A stretch of 64,000 nt of DNA from Candidatus Latescibacterota bacterium. GTDB lineage: Bacteria; Latescibacterota; UBA2968; UBA8231. A model generated the notes under the pieces. It was not told where the DNA came from. It ran no database searches and saw only the letters and a list, made by a program, of their open reading frames with translations. Within the stretch, counting starts at the first letter, position 1. Every line of letters begins with the position of its first letter. Below are positions 27,488 to 36,956 of the stretch, one piece after another. The DNA is taken from the NCBI GenBank assembly GCA_965204725.1, contig OZ242005.1, positions 2,368,001-2,432,000 of the forward strand, given 5' to 3'. Both the position numbers and the translations under genes were made by a program.

Positions 27488-27685
27488 ATTCATCCTCCAC
27501 AAGTGCGGGGAGATGATAGACTAGGGCCACAGACGTGCCAAACGTCTGTTCGCCTATTGTATTCCAGATACCACCATTTTGGGAGATTGTCAAGTTTCAC
27601 TGGGCGACTCGGATACCTCGGGTCGTAGAGCGGGCAATTTTGGTTGATATGCTCGTTGATTGCTCGTAGTTTGCTCTCTTCTACT

Positions 27686-29575
27686 ATGACTATGGCTGAC
27701 TTATTCCGTTCATTGATCTGGGTCCTCCCGCTGTGGGCTGGTTTCGCGGCCGGACCGGCCTCCGGGTTGGTCATATACCGATTGGGCGGCGAGGCACTGG
27801 AGCCGCCTCCAGAAGCCGATCACGAAGGAGTGGAATTCATCGAGTTGAACTGGACGGCTCTCGACCCTTCCCTCGGCGGAAGAGCCATTGATTTGGATAT
27901 AGACCCCGCCGCTATCCGGCCTCTCGAACGCGACCCAAATTTCAACATAGCTCCCGAAATTGAAGCACATGGCGGAGAGTACGTCAGGCCCAATGTGAAT
28001 GCGGAAGTATGGGACGGAGATGTCGGTACGGCTTGGGTGGCGGCCAGTTATCTGTGCGGCACACTCAGCAGGTTTTTCTGCGTGGACGATTTTGGCCGAC
28101 AGGGCACGGCTAATATCAACTTGGGCAGTCGCTATCTCGTCGACCGAGTCCGGATCATATCGGGCCTGACCGACCCGAGCAAAATAGTGCGGACATTCCG
28201 CATTTACATCGCGCCGGAGTTGCCTTGGAAGAACCGATCGCTCATTGATCATCCCCCGCCGTATTCGCCTTGGGTCGTCGAGGTGCGCGACAACCGCGAG
28301 CAAATCATAGATGTACCCCTCCCGCCGCAACAGGGAACGACCTTTGTACAGGTAGCCGCCAGCGAGCACAGCGAGGATTGGGAAGTAAACGAGATCGAAA
28401 TCTATGCCAAAGGCTTTGTCGAACAATCAACGTATATCTCCAATATCCTCGATTTTGGCCAGCCCATGGCCTGGGGCGACCTGCGCTGGGCAGGCCACCA
28501 AGACCCCAAAGCCCGCGTCCTCATCCAATCCCGAACCGGACACGACGACGACCCCGACCTGTTCTGGCGATTCACCGGACGAGGCGACGAAAGAATACCC
28601 GTCAGCCGAGCCGACTACGCCAAGCTAGCGCGAGGCGAAAAAGCCGGCATCGGCTACGATCGCGCCAACTGGACGTTCTGGTCGGCCCCTTATGCCTTTG
28701 CCGACAGCAACGGCACCCCCGTCGCCTCGCAGGGGCCCAGACGCTATCTCCAACTCAAAGTAGATTTGCTGCCCCAAGACGACGATGGCGGTCACGTCAA
28801 CTGGCTCGAAGTGCGCGCGTCCCCGCCGGTGGCGACGCAATTGGTCGGCGAGGTCTGGCCGGTCGAAACCACCGTCGGCCAGCCGCAGCCGTTCACTTAT
28901 GTGCTGCGTCCCACTATTGGCGGGGAGGGCGGCTTTGACCGGCTGGAGATGACCACGACAGCGCGGCTGGAGGCTGTAACAGGCGTCCGCATCGGCGATG
29001 AGCCGGTCGATTATGCCGTGGAAGCGACTGAGCCTCACCGGGTAGTCGTACGCATCCCGCGACTGACCGCCGAGGATTCGGGCACTTTGGTCGAGGTCGG
29101 CTTCGACGCGGCCGTGTTGCGCTATGGCTCGACGTTTTCCGTGCGGGTGTGGGACAGCACCCAGCCGTTGGAAGTGCCCCAGAGCGCCCAAGAGGGCGAT
29201 GCCAGTCCTACCTACGAGGCCAATCGGGTCTGGGTCGCCACTCGGGCGGAGCATCAGAACGTGTTGCAGCTAGCGGCCGGTCCGGTGGTCTTGACGCCCA
29301 ACGGGGATGGGGCCAACGACGCGGGGCGGCTAGGATACGACTTACTGGAACTGATAGAGCCGGCGTCCGTGTCGGTGGGGGTGTGGGATTTATCGGGTCG
29401 TCGGGTGCGTCGGGTGTATGCGGGCTGGGATGGAGTGGGTCTTTATGAACGGGTGTGGGATGGCCGGGACGAGGCGGGGCGACTGGTGCCGCCGGGCTTG
29501 TACCTGTACCGGGTCGCCGTCGAAGCCGACCGCCAAACCATCGAGGCGATAAAACCCATACACGTCGCCTATTAA
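27686..29575 (+). CDS. secreted discoidin-like + FlgD-Ig/CTD protein (VAY family) no.1
   Basis: Signal peptide; EIEIYAKGFV, DFGQPMAWG, WTFWSAPY, GEVWP, LTPNGDGAND...WDGRDEAGRLVPPGLY; ends IHVAY. Confidence 0.85.
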   Translation: MTMADLFRSLIWVLPLWAGFAAGPASGLVIYRLGGEALEPPPEADHEGVEFIELNWTALDPSLGGRAIDLDIDPAAIRPLERDPNFNIAPEIEAHGGEYVRPNVNAEVWDGDVGTAWVAASYLCGTLSRFFCVDDFGRQGTANINLGSRYLVDRVRIISGLTDPSKIVRTFRIYIAPELPWKNRSLIDHPPPYSPWVVEVRDNREQIIDVPLPPQQGTTFVQVAASEHSEDWEVNEIEIYAKGFVEQSTYISNILDFGQPMAWGDLRWAGHQDPKARVLIQSRTGHDDDPDLFWRFTGRGDERIPVSRADYAKLARGEKAGIGYDRANWTFWSAPYAFADSNGTPVASQGPRRYLQLKVDLLPQDDDGGHVNWLEVRASPPVATQLVGEVWPVETTVGQPQPFTYVLRPTIGGEGGFDRLEMTTTARLEAVTGVRIGDEPVDYAVEATEPHRVVVRIPRLTAEDSGTLVEVGFDAAVLRYGSTFSVRVWDSTQPLEVPQSAQEGDASPTYEANRVWVATRAEHQNVLQLAAGPVVLTPNGDGANDAGRLGYDLLELIEPASVSVGVWDLSGRRVRRVYAGWDGVGLYERVWDGRDEAGRLVPPGLYLYRVAVEADRQTIEAIKPIHVAY

Positions 29576-29583
29576 AGGGCTTC

Positions 29584-31617
29584 TCAAAACTCTTCCGGGG
29601 ATGTCCCCGCCCGCCGTAGCCGCTCGGCGGTTTCAAAGGCGGTCTGGGCCAATTCTCGTCGCCCGGTCTGCATATAGAGTACGCCTAGATTGTAGTGGGC
29701 AATGGCTACATCGGGTTCGAGATGCAGGGCTTGGCGCAAGGCCGCTTCGGCTCGGGCGTGCTCGCCGCGCCGCAGGTACAAGGCACCAAGGTTGCGATGG
29801 GCGGCGGCAAACCCCGGATCTATCTCTATAGTCTGTCGCAAGTGCTGGATCTGCTCGGCCTCGGCCCCTAGATGGTGGCAGGCATTGGCCAAGGCGTAGA
29901 AACCTTCGGCTCGTTGCTCGGCTGCTAGTGCTGTGGAGAAAGCACCATAAGCCCGCCGATAGTCCCGCTGGTCTAGGTGGAGATACCCTAGGTAGTAATG
30001 CCCCTCGTATTGAATGGCGGGACGCGGGTCGTTGGCGAGTGCCGCAAGGAGGTGGGACTGGGCTTCAGCGAAGCGCTGCTCCCCGCGGAGCAGGTTGCCC
30101 AGATTGAGCCGAGCCCGAGTGTGATCAGAGGCCATCGCAAGGGCTTGGCGATAAGCTGTTTCCGCTTCCCGAGGCCGCCGCTGCGCTTCGTAAACCGCGC
30201 CCAGACTGCTATAGACATCTGCATCGTTGGGAGCGACTTGGAGGGCTTGCAAATAGGCCGCCTCCGCGTGGTCGTATGCTTGGTTGCGTGTATGGGCCTG
30301 TCCATAGAGCCAAGCGGAGCGCAGGTGATCCACCTCGGCGGGGTCAATTCCGGTGTGCGCCAGTGCAAAAGCAGCCCCCAGAGCCAGCACCCAAGCCGCA
30401 CTGCGCCTCCACTGCCGCCCCTTTAGACTGAGAGCACCTCGACGGATCGCTTCGGCGGCGAAAATCATCAGAAAAGGCACCGCGGGAAGCCGGTAGCGGG
30501 CACACACCGTAAAGAGCAGGCCCGCGACCAAGTAGGACAGTCCAAAACCGTAGAGCAAGCCGTACTCGCGCCACCGACGCCCGTTCCACACGAGTCCCAC
30601 TAAGGCTAGGGACGCGACCATGCCAAAGCCGAAAACATTCAGGCGACTCAGGTGGGAATGCGCCTCGTAAAAGTGAATGTCAACGCTCACCGGGACTTCA
30701 AAGGCGTGCCAGAACAGTCTGAATTTGCGGTAGAGCAAGTAGAGATAGGAAAGCGGTTGATCGACAATGAAGCCGAGCCCCTCAGTCAGATAGAACCGGC
30801 CCCGGTCGGCTGGCGACGCGGCCATCCCGGTTTGGTAGGGCAGAATTTCGAGGCGTTGCCAGTCCAGCCCTTGGCGCGCATAAGGGGTGCCGTCGGCTGC
30901 TGGATTGTTGCCCATGTAAAAGCTCCAAGCACCTTGGAAGGGGAGCGGCGTACCTTGGACGAGGCTGTTGTGGACCAAGAAGGGCGTCAGGATGACGCAG
31001 AAGCCCAAGCAGAAAGGCACCAGCAATTTGTATCGAGTCCGATGGTAGAGCCACCACAGGGCCACCGGCACCAGCAGCAGGGTATTGCTGCGCGTCTCGA
31101 CCAGCAGACCCAGTAGCACGCCAGCACCGGCGGCCGCCCCATAGCTAGACTGGTCGGTGCAGCGCACCAGTTGGATTACCAAAAGCAGTTCGATAAAAAT
31201 GGTCAGGGTGGTGGCCAGCAGCTCGCCATTGTAGAGCATAAAAGGCCAGTATCCAACGGCCATCAGGCCGGTTAGCAAAGGCGTCGGAGCGGGGAAAAAG
31301 CGCCGAGCAACAGCGTAGAGGAGGACGCAGGAGAAAGCCCCGAGGACGGCTTGGAACAGGCGCATGGCCCCGAGTTCGGCCCCGCCCAGTTTGAGCAGGG
31401 CCAACAGCACCGGATAGAGCGGACCGTGAACGTAGGTGCGGTGCGTAGCGAGCCACCAGTCGCCATTGAGCAGGGCCTGAGCCAAATAATAGTACTCCTC
31501 GGCGTCGAGGAGCAGGGTGTGAAAGTAGATTGTATCGCGGATTTCTGCTAGGTACGCGAGGCGCAGAATTAGGGCCGAGAGGAAAAGGGCGACGGCATGG
31601 CGCTTGTTTATGCACAT
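29584..31617 (-). CDS. GT-C (PMT/ArnT-like) glycosyltransferase with C-terminal TPRs
   Basis: LLDAEEY...HGPLYP, multiple TM helices, FYMGNNP, ARYRLP, then TPR repeats. Confidence 0.82.
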   Translation of the reverse strand: MCINKRHAVALFLSALILRLAYLAEIRDTIYFHTLLLDAEEYYYLAQALLNGDWWLATHRTYVHGPLYPVLLALLKLGGAELGAMRLFQAVLGAFSCVLLYAVARRFFPAPTPLLTGLMAVGYWPFMLYNGELLATTLTIFIELLLVIQLVRCTDQSSYGAAAGAGVLLGLLVETRSNTLLLVPVALWWLYHRTRYKLLVPFCLGFCVILTPFLVHNSLVQGTPLPFQGAWSFYMGNNPAADGTPYARQGLDWQRLEILPYQTGMAASPADRGRFYLTEGLGFIVDQPLSYLYLLYRKFRLFWHAFEVPVSVDIHFYEAHSHLSRLNVFGFGMVASLALVGLVWNGRRWREYGLLYGFGLSYLVAGLLFTVCARYRLPAVPFLMIFAAEAIRRGALSLKGRQWRRSAAWVLALGAAFALAHTGIDPAEVDHLRSAWLYGQAHTRNQAYDHAEAAYLQALQVAPNDADVYSSLGAVYEAQRRPREAETAYRQALAMASDHTRARLNLGNLLRGEQRFAEAQSHLLAALANDPRPAIQYEGHYYLGYLHLDQRDYRRAYGAFSTALAAEQRAEGFYALANACHHLGAEAEQIQHLRQTIEIDPGFAAAHRNLGALYLRRGEHARAEAALRQALHLEPDVAIAHYNLGVLYMQTGRRELAQTAFETAERLRRAGTSPEEF

Positions 31618-31708
31618 GGGCCAGTCTTTCGACAAAGGCAAAAAAGTTGGCTTTATTGGGGTGTTAATAGTTTAATATGCGGCCCTAGAGGCGTTGGAGG
31701 AAAACGGC

Positions 31709-33433
31709 GTGAAAGACCTGAGAAGCAGTCCTCTTGTATCCACTGCGACGAGATGGGGAATCCGGGCGGCCCTGCTGGCGATTGGGGGGACAGGGTGCGC
31801 CCAGCAAGCGGAAGAAGTCGCCCAGCCAGAGGCCGCGCTCGTCACCACTCCAGATTCGACCGCTCAGTCGAAACTCGAACTAGCCCGGGTGGGCGACCGA
31901 TCCATCACCGCTGGCCAACTGCGGGCGTTCTACGGCAAAATCCCCCAGTACCTCCAGAGCGACCAGGAAGGACTGGAAAAGGAGCGCAACCATTTGCAGA
32001 CGCTCATCGATATGGAGTTGCTGCAAATGGAGGCCAAAGAGCGAGGGATCGATCGCCTGCCAGTCTTCGTGTACAAGATGGCCCAGCACAGGAAGGAAAA
32101 GCTCATTGGCCTCTACCAGACCAAAAAGATCAAGGTGCGAGTCTCGGGGCAGGAGGTCAGCGATTACTTCCGCGAACAAGAGTTGGCGCACAAAGTCCGC
32201 TTTGCCCAACTCATCGCCGCCAGCGAGGACAGCGCGTGGTCCGCACGGCGCGAAGTCACTGCGGGGCGAGATTTCGCTGACGTGGCCGAGCAGTGGTCCA
32301 TCCACGGGCCGACGATGGAGCAATCGGGGTTTGTCGGCAAGCTAGATATACCACCTTATCTGCGACCGCCTCTCTTCGCCTTAGCAAAAGGGGAAGTGAG
32401 CCAGCCCATAGACATTGGGGGGCATTTCGCCCTTTTCAAAGCCTTGGAGTTCGCGGAAACCGGGCTGGACGACGAGCAATTCCAAAAGATCTACCGACAA
32501 CTCTTTATCGAGCGCAGCGTCGCGGCGAGGGCGGCCTTGGCCGACAGCCTCAAACAAGCCCTCAAACTCGCACGGGACCAGCGGGGATTGGACGCTTTTG
32601 TGGCGGCCATGCGCCGGGGGGCCTCCTCCGAAGATGAACAGGTGCGAGCCATTGTTCTCTACCGCTATGAAGGAGGAACCATCGCGGCCGGCGATGTGCT
32701 CGATGCCGCCAGTCAACTCAAATACAAAACGCTGGACTTGCGCCGCAACGAGGCCGTCGTCGAGTACGCCGAAAGCACCTTGGTGCCCGACGCGCTCTTT
32801 GTCGAGGCCGCCCTGCGGGAGGGCTTAGACCGGACCGGGGAAGTGACGCAATGGCTGGCGAGGAAACGGGAACGGGAATTGGTCGTGCAGTTGCGCGTCG
32901 CTGTGCTGAAGGAGCGCGTAAGCATTTCCCAAGAGGATATCCGCCGAGAGTACGAAGAAAATCCCGACCGCTACATGCAGCCCGACCAGATTGAAATTCA
33001 AGAAATCCTCGTCGCCACTGAAGCAGAGGCCGAGGACTTGCTCGCCCGCCTCCGGCAGGGGGCGTCCATGGGGGACTTGGCTCGCCAGCACTCCAAACGC
33101 TCGCCCACCCTGCGGGACGAGGAGGGCCGCCGACGGTTCACGGCTGCGGCCGCAGTGGTGTACGGACGCTTGGTCGCAGCGGCCCGCAAGGCCCCGGTAG
33201 GCCAGTTGGTCGGGCCGCTACAGGTGCGCGAGGGATACTCCATTTTTAAGGTGTTGTCCCGCGAGCGGGAGCGGTCTTCCTTTGAAGAAGCCAAAAAGCG
33301 GGTGCGTGCCACAGTCAATTGGATCAAGAAACAGCAGGTATTTGAGCAATTCTTAGCCGAACTACGGGCTAAGTACGCGGCGCAGGTCGAGGTCCGCGAG
33401 GACAATCTGCAACGCGTTCTCACCAGCGGCTAA
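31709..33433 (+). CDS. PpiC/SurA-PrsA-like peptidyl-prolyl isomerase lipoprotein
   Basis: Lipobox-like GTGC, LARVGDRSIT, two rotamase domains (FADVAEQWS; MGDLARQHS...GYSIFKV); GGAGG RBS. Confidence 0.85.
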   Translation: MKDLRSSPLVSTATRWGIRAALLAIGGTGCAQQAEEVAQPEAALVTTPDSTAQSKLELARVGDRSITAGQLRAFYGKIPQYLQSDQEGLEKERNHLQTLIDMELLQMEAKERGIDRLPVFVYKMAQHRKEKLIGLYQTKKIKVRVSGQEVSDYFREQELAHKVRFAQLIAASEDSAWSARREVTAGRDFADVAEQWSIHGPTMEQSGFVGKLDIPPYLRPPLFALAKGEVSQPIDIGGHFALFKALEFAETGLDDEQFQKIYRQLFIERSVAARAALADSLKQALKLARDQRGLDAFVAAMRRGASSEDEQVRAIVLYRYEGGTIAAGDVLDAASQLKYKTLDLRRNEAVVEYAESTLVPDALFVEAALREGLDRTGEVTQWLARKRERELVVQLRVAVLKERVSISQEDIRREYEENPDRYMQPDQIEIQEILVATEAEAEDLLARLRQGASMGDLARQHSKRSPTLRDEEGRRRFTAAAAVVYGRLVAAARKAPVGQLVGPLQVREGYSIFKVLSRERERSSFEEAKKRVRATVNWIKKQQVFEQFLAELRAKYAAQVEVREDNLQRVLTSG

Positions 33434-33462
33434 GAAGTCGTTTTAAGATTCGGGTGCGCCCG

Positions 33463-35628
33463 ATGGCCGCCTTCAACCCAAGCTCAGAGAAGGACCCAAA
33501 ACGCCGCTTATTCAGATGGGGTACGGGTGCTATCTTAGCACTAGCACTGGCGTTGCGCTGGCCCGTGCCCGCCCCGGCTTGGACCCATTTCGACGAGATC
33601 GCCTTCATCGTCCTGCCGCTCGGTTTCTGGAGCGGCGATCTCAATCCTCACTATTTCAATTACCCCACTTTTCACTTCTACCTCAGTTCACTTCTGTACC
33701 TGCTCTACTATCTTGCGACGAGCACCGAATCAGTGGAACAGTTCGTGGCCTATCGCTTGCTGGTCGATGGCCGCGACTTGCTGCCCCTAGTGCGCGGGGT
33801 CAACGCCCTCATGGCCGTTGCCACAGTAGGCGCGGTCGCCTGTTTGGGCCGACGTCTCTACGGCGTCAGAGAAGGACTCTTGGCGGCCCTAATTTTGGCG
33901 ACCGCGCCGCTAGCCGTGCGTTTTGCCTATATGGCCACCACGGATACGCCGGCTGTGTTCTGGGCGGTAATGGCCCTGTTGTGGGCCGTGCGCGCCCGGC
34001 AGGAGGGGTGCGTACGGGATTTTCTGGCGGCGGGTATTTTTATGGGTTTGGCCGGGGCGACCAAGTACCCGGCGGTCCTAGTGGCGGCACCCGTGGCCAC
34101 GGCGATTTTGCTGGGGAGTCCTCGGCCACGGCGGCGCATCCTCTGGGTCGTCAGTGGGGGCGCGCTGAGTTTTGCCTTAGCCACGCCCTTTGTCTGGCTC
34201 GACGCCGGGCAGTTTTGGGATCATTTCGCCGATATGGGGCAGACCCATCTGCTGGCCGAGTCTAGCACCGAGGAACGGGCTTGGCTTTACCACCTGCGCT
34301 ATACCCTGCGCCACGGTCTGGGCGCGGTGGCGACCGGGGCCGTAGCCCTAGCCCTGCTCTGGGGCGTCGGCCAGCGGCAGTGGCAGGAACTCGTCTTGCT
34401 GGCCGGCATCGTCCCCTTGGCCGCAGTTCTCGCTCTTGCAGGCTCCACTTTTATGCGCTATGCCCTGCCCCTTGCACCCCTGCTGGCCCTGCTCATCGGA
34501 CGCCTAGTCGGGATGGGGTGCAAGTATCCTTTGGTGGGTGGCTTGGTCGTCCTGACTCTGGTGGCCGAGCCCCTGTACGCCTCGCTTCGCACTCGATCCC
34601 TACTCAGCGGCCAAGATACCCGCCTAGAGGCTCAGGCTTGGATCCAGACCCACCTTCCCCAGTACCAGCGCCTGATCCAAGGGCCTTCGGAGTGCGGCCA
34701 GATCGAGGTGCTGACCCCTGAACGCCTACAGGTGCGGCAGACGCACTATCTCCACAGCTACGGCCGCGCAGCGTTGCTACAGGCGTACTCACTACTGGCC
34801 CAGCGCGATGATCTGCCGCCCCTGTACCTAGAGATCACGGCGGAGCAGGTAACGGCGACATCCCAAGACAGTGCGAGTGCCCCGGCCGTGGTCATCTACT
34901 ATCAGCATCCAGTGTGTCGCGCCGAGGATACACCGCCCGACTTCCAAGCACTTCTAGCGAACAGCCAATGGCAAAAAGTCTTTTCGCCGGGCCGGATGGA
35001 AGCGGCTGTTTTCGACCGGATGGACTGGTATTTTTTGCCGATTGCGGGATTTGACCAAGTAGAAAAGACCGGGCCGGTCGTCCGGCTGGGTACGCTCTCT
35101 GGGGGTGGAGACCCGGTTCGGCTAGAGACCCGTTCTTACTTTGAGGCAATGCACTCGGTTTTGCGCGGCCACCAAGCTAGGGCCGAAAAGAATTGGACGG
35201 AGGCCTTGCAGGCGTACCACCGGGTTTTGGCAATCGCGCCCGTTCCCGAAGCGTTAATTGGCCTAGCCATGGGACGCTATCTCTACGCCCAGATGGGGCG
35301 GACGTATGCTCAAGTAGGCCAATTGGACCAAGCCGTGCGCTTTTTGCAGCAAGCTATCGCGCTAAAGCCGGCGTACCGAGAAACGCACAACGAACTCGGG
35401 GTGGTGTACGCCTCCTTGGGAGATTTGGAAAAAGCCGTGGAAACTTGGGAGGAGCTGGTCGCGCTGCATCCAGATTTTGCCCCGGCTTACTTTAACCTAG
35501 GCCGGGCTTTGTGGCACTTGGAGCGCCGTCAGCAGGCCCGTGCGTACTGGCGGAAGGGAGTGGAGTTGATGCCCAACCATCCACTGGCGGGCCAAATACA
35601 ACAGTTAGAGTTGGAGGACGGGGGTTGA
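33463..35628 (+). CDS. GT-C glycosyltransferase with C-terminal TPRs
   Basis: HFDE...DLNPHYFNYP, GLAGATKYP, RYALPLAP, TPRs at the C-terminus. Confidence 0.82.
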   Translation: MAAFNPSSEKDPKRRLFRWGTGAILALALALRWPVPAPAWTHFDEIAFIVLPLGFWSGDLNPHYFNYPTFHFYLSSLLYLLYYLATSTESVEQFVAYRLLVDGRDLLPLVRGVNALMAVATVGAVACLGRRLYGVREGLLAALILATAPLAVRFAYMATTDTPAVFWAVMALLWAVRARQEGCVRDFLAAGIFMGLAGATKYPAVLVAAPVATAILLGSPRPRRRILWVVSGGALSFALATPFVWLDAGQFWDHFADMGQTHLLAESSTEERAWLYHLRYTLRHGLGAVATGAVALALLWGVGQRQWQELVLLAGIVPLAAVLALAGSTFMRYALPLAPLLALLIGRLVGMGCKYPLVGGLVVLTLVAEPLYASLRTRSLLSGQDTRLEAQAWIQTHLPQYQRLIQGPSECGQIEVLTPERLQVRQTHYLHSYGRAALLQAYSLLAQRDDLPPLYLEITAEQVTATSQDSASAPAVVIYYQHPVCRAEDTPPDFQALLANSQWQKVFSPGRMEAAVFDRMDWYFLPIAGFDQVEKTGPVVRLGTLSGGGDPVRLETRSYFEAMHSVLRGHQARAEKNWTEALQAYHRVLAIAPVPEALIGLAMGRYLYAQMGRTYAQVGQLDQAVRFLQQAIALKPAYRETHNELGVVYASLGDLEKAVETWEELVALHPDFAPAYFNLGRALWHLERRQQARAYWRKGVELMPNHPLAGQIQQLELEDGG

Positions 35629-35831
35629 GATTTTTCTTTGGACTTAGACTTTTTGCTCGTATATTACCGCATCATCGGCGTTACTTACCTTCGATTGGAA
35701 TGCGGGCGTCTCGCCTTTTCCGCAAGCAATACTTCCTAATTTTTCCAAAGTTTTGAGAAAGCGGTGTAGGAGTAGGGGAATTAAGGATATTCAACCAGCC
35801 AAGAGAAAGGAGGTTGTACGGTCTGGCAACT

Positions 35832-35847
35832 TGGCACTGTATATGCA
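35832..35847 (+). promoter_or_regulatory. sigma54-type -24/-12 promoter
   Basis: TGGCAC-TGTAT-ATGCA with GG-N10-GC spacing, 66 nt upstream of the first gene of the 35.9-49.4 kb array. Confidence 0.55.
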
Positions 35848-35913
35848 AGATATGCAAGTGAGTAGATAGATGAATCAGCTCCTCAATACAATACCTAACA
35901 GGAGGTTAAGGTA

Positions 35914-36846
35914 ATGAAACTGATTCGTTGCTTTCTGGCTTTGTCGCTTATCGTCGCCTGCACTAGCATCGGCTCGGCTCACGAACCGCCCGGGGAACTG
36001 TACTTCGCCTTTCAGTTCCCCCTGCACGCCGTGCCCACCATCGACGGCGATATAAGCGACTGGGACATGTTGGACCCAGAGGTCTTCGAGATCTCGGTGG
36101 AACGCGGCCATATCCAAGAGACGGTGCGCGGGGATGACAGCGGTGAGTTGTCGGATTTCAACGCTCGGAGCATGTGGGCTTGGAACGAGGAAATGAACCG
36201 GGTTTTCTCCTTTGCCTTTGTGGTTGACGATCATCTCGACAACGACCGCGACGACCCCACGATCTTCAATTGGGATGACGACTGGCACTTCGTGCTCGAC
36301 GCCGATCACAGCGGCGGCGATATGTTCACCGACGATTGGAACCAGTTGGACGATGCCGAGCGCCGGGCTGTGATGTTCGTCACGGGTCAGCTATGGCAGA
36401 TCCACGTACCGCCCATTGATGGGTACTGGGCCTTCAAGTACATCGAAGCGACCGACTGGGAGACCACTGGTCGCGAGCTACCCTTTCCCGAATTCTCTCA
36501 AGTGGGCTGGTCCCGCACCGGCGAGACAGGTGGCCCGGGTACTTATACCTACGAGATCATGATGACCCCGTGGGAAACTTGGAGCTGGGATGGTCCTGAG
36601 CAAAGCACCATCGTCGATTTGGAAGTAGGCAATATCATCCACGTCGGCTCCCTGTCCAAGGACTATGACACCAATCCCGACCGCTACGAGGGAGGCTACG
36701 ATTTTCCAGCTATTCACAATGTCTGGCGCAATGCCAATCTCATGGCCGACATGGAGCTGCTGGAGGTCGATGACTCGCTGTTTCCCACCTCTGTAGAAAA
36801 CGACTCGTGGGGCAGAATTAAGTCCCACTACCTGCTGGAAGAGTAA
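35914..36846 (+). CDS. secreted acidic CBM9/DOMON-like protein with C-terminal SVENDSWGRIK motif
   Basis: Signal peptide, PTIDGDISDW, VVDDH, YTYEI, DLEVGNIIHV; AGGAGG RBS; paralogue of 58035-58967. Confidence 0.78.
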   Translation: MKLIRCFLALSLIVACTSIGSAHEPPGELYFAFQFPLHAVPTIDGDISDWDMLDPEVFEISVERGHIQETVRGDDSGELSDFNARSMWAWNEEMNRVFSFAFVVDDHLDNDRDDPTIFNWDDDWHFVLDADHSGGDMFTDDWNQLDDAERRAVMFVTGQLWQIHVPPIDGYWAFKYIEATDWETTGRELPFPEFSQVGWSRTGETGGPGTYTYEIMMTPWETWSWDGPEQSTIVDLEVGNIIHVGSLSKDYDTNPDRYEGGYDFPAIHNVWRNANLMADMELLEVDDSLFPTSVENDSWGRIKSHYLLEE

Positions 36847-36861
36847 TTCCAGTTTCTCGAG

Positions 36862-36897
36862 CGCAAAAAGGGGATATTTCCATATCCCCTTTTTGCG
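36862..36897 (+). terminator. intrinsic terminator (bidirectional type)
   Basis: Perfect 16-bp inverted repeat CGCAAAAAGGGGATAT / ATATCCCCTTTTTGCG with a 4-nt loop. Confidence 0.85.
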
Positions 36898-36956
36898 TTT
36901 TAGCCATCTAAAATCTGTTTAATCACTCGACAAATTCATAGTCTGGAGGGGCCATC

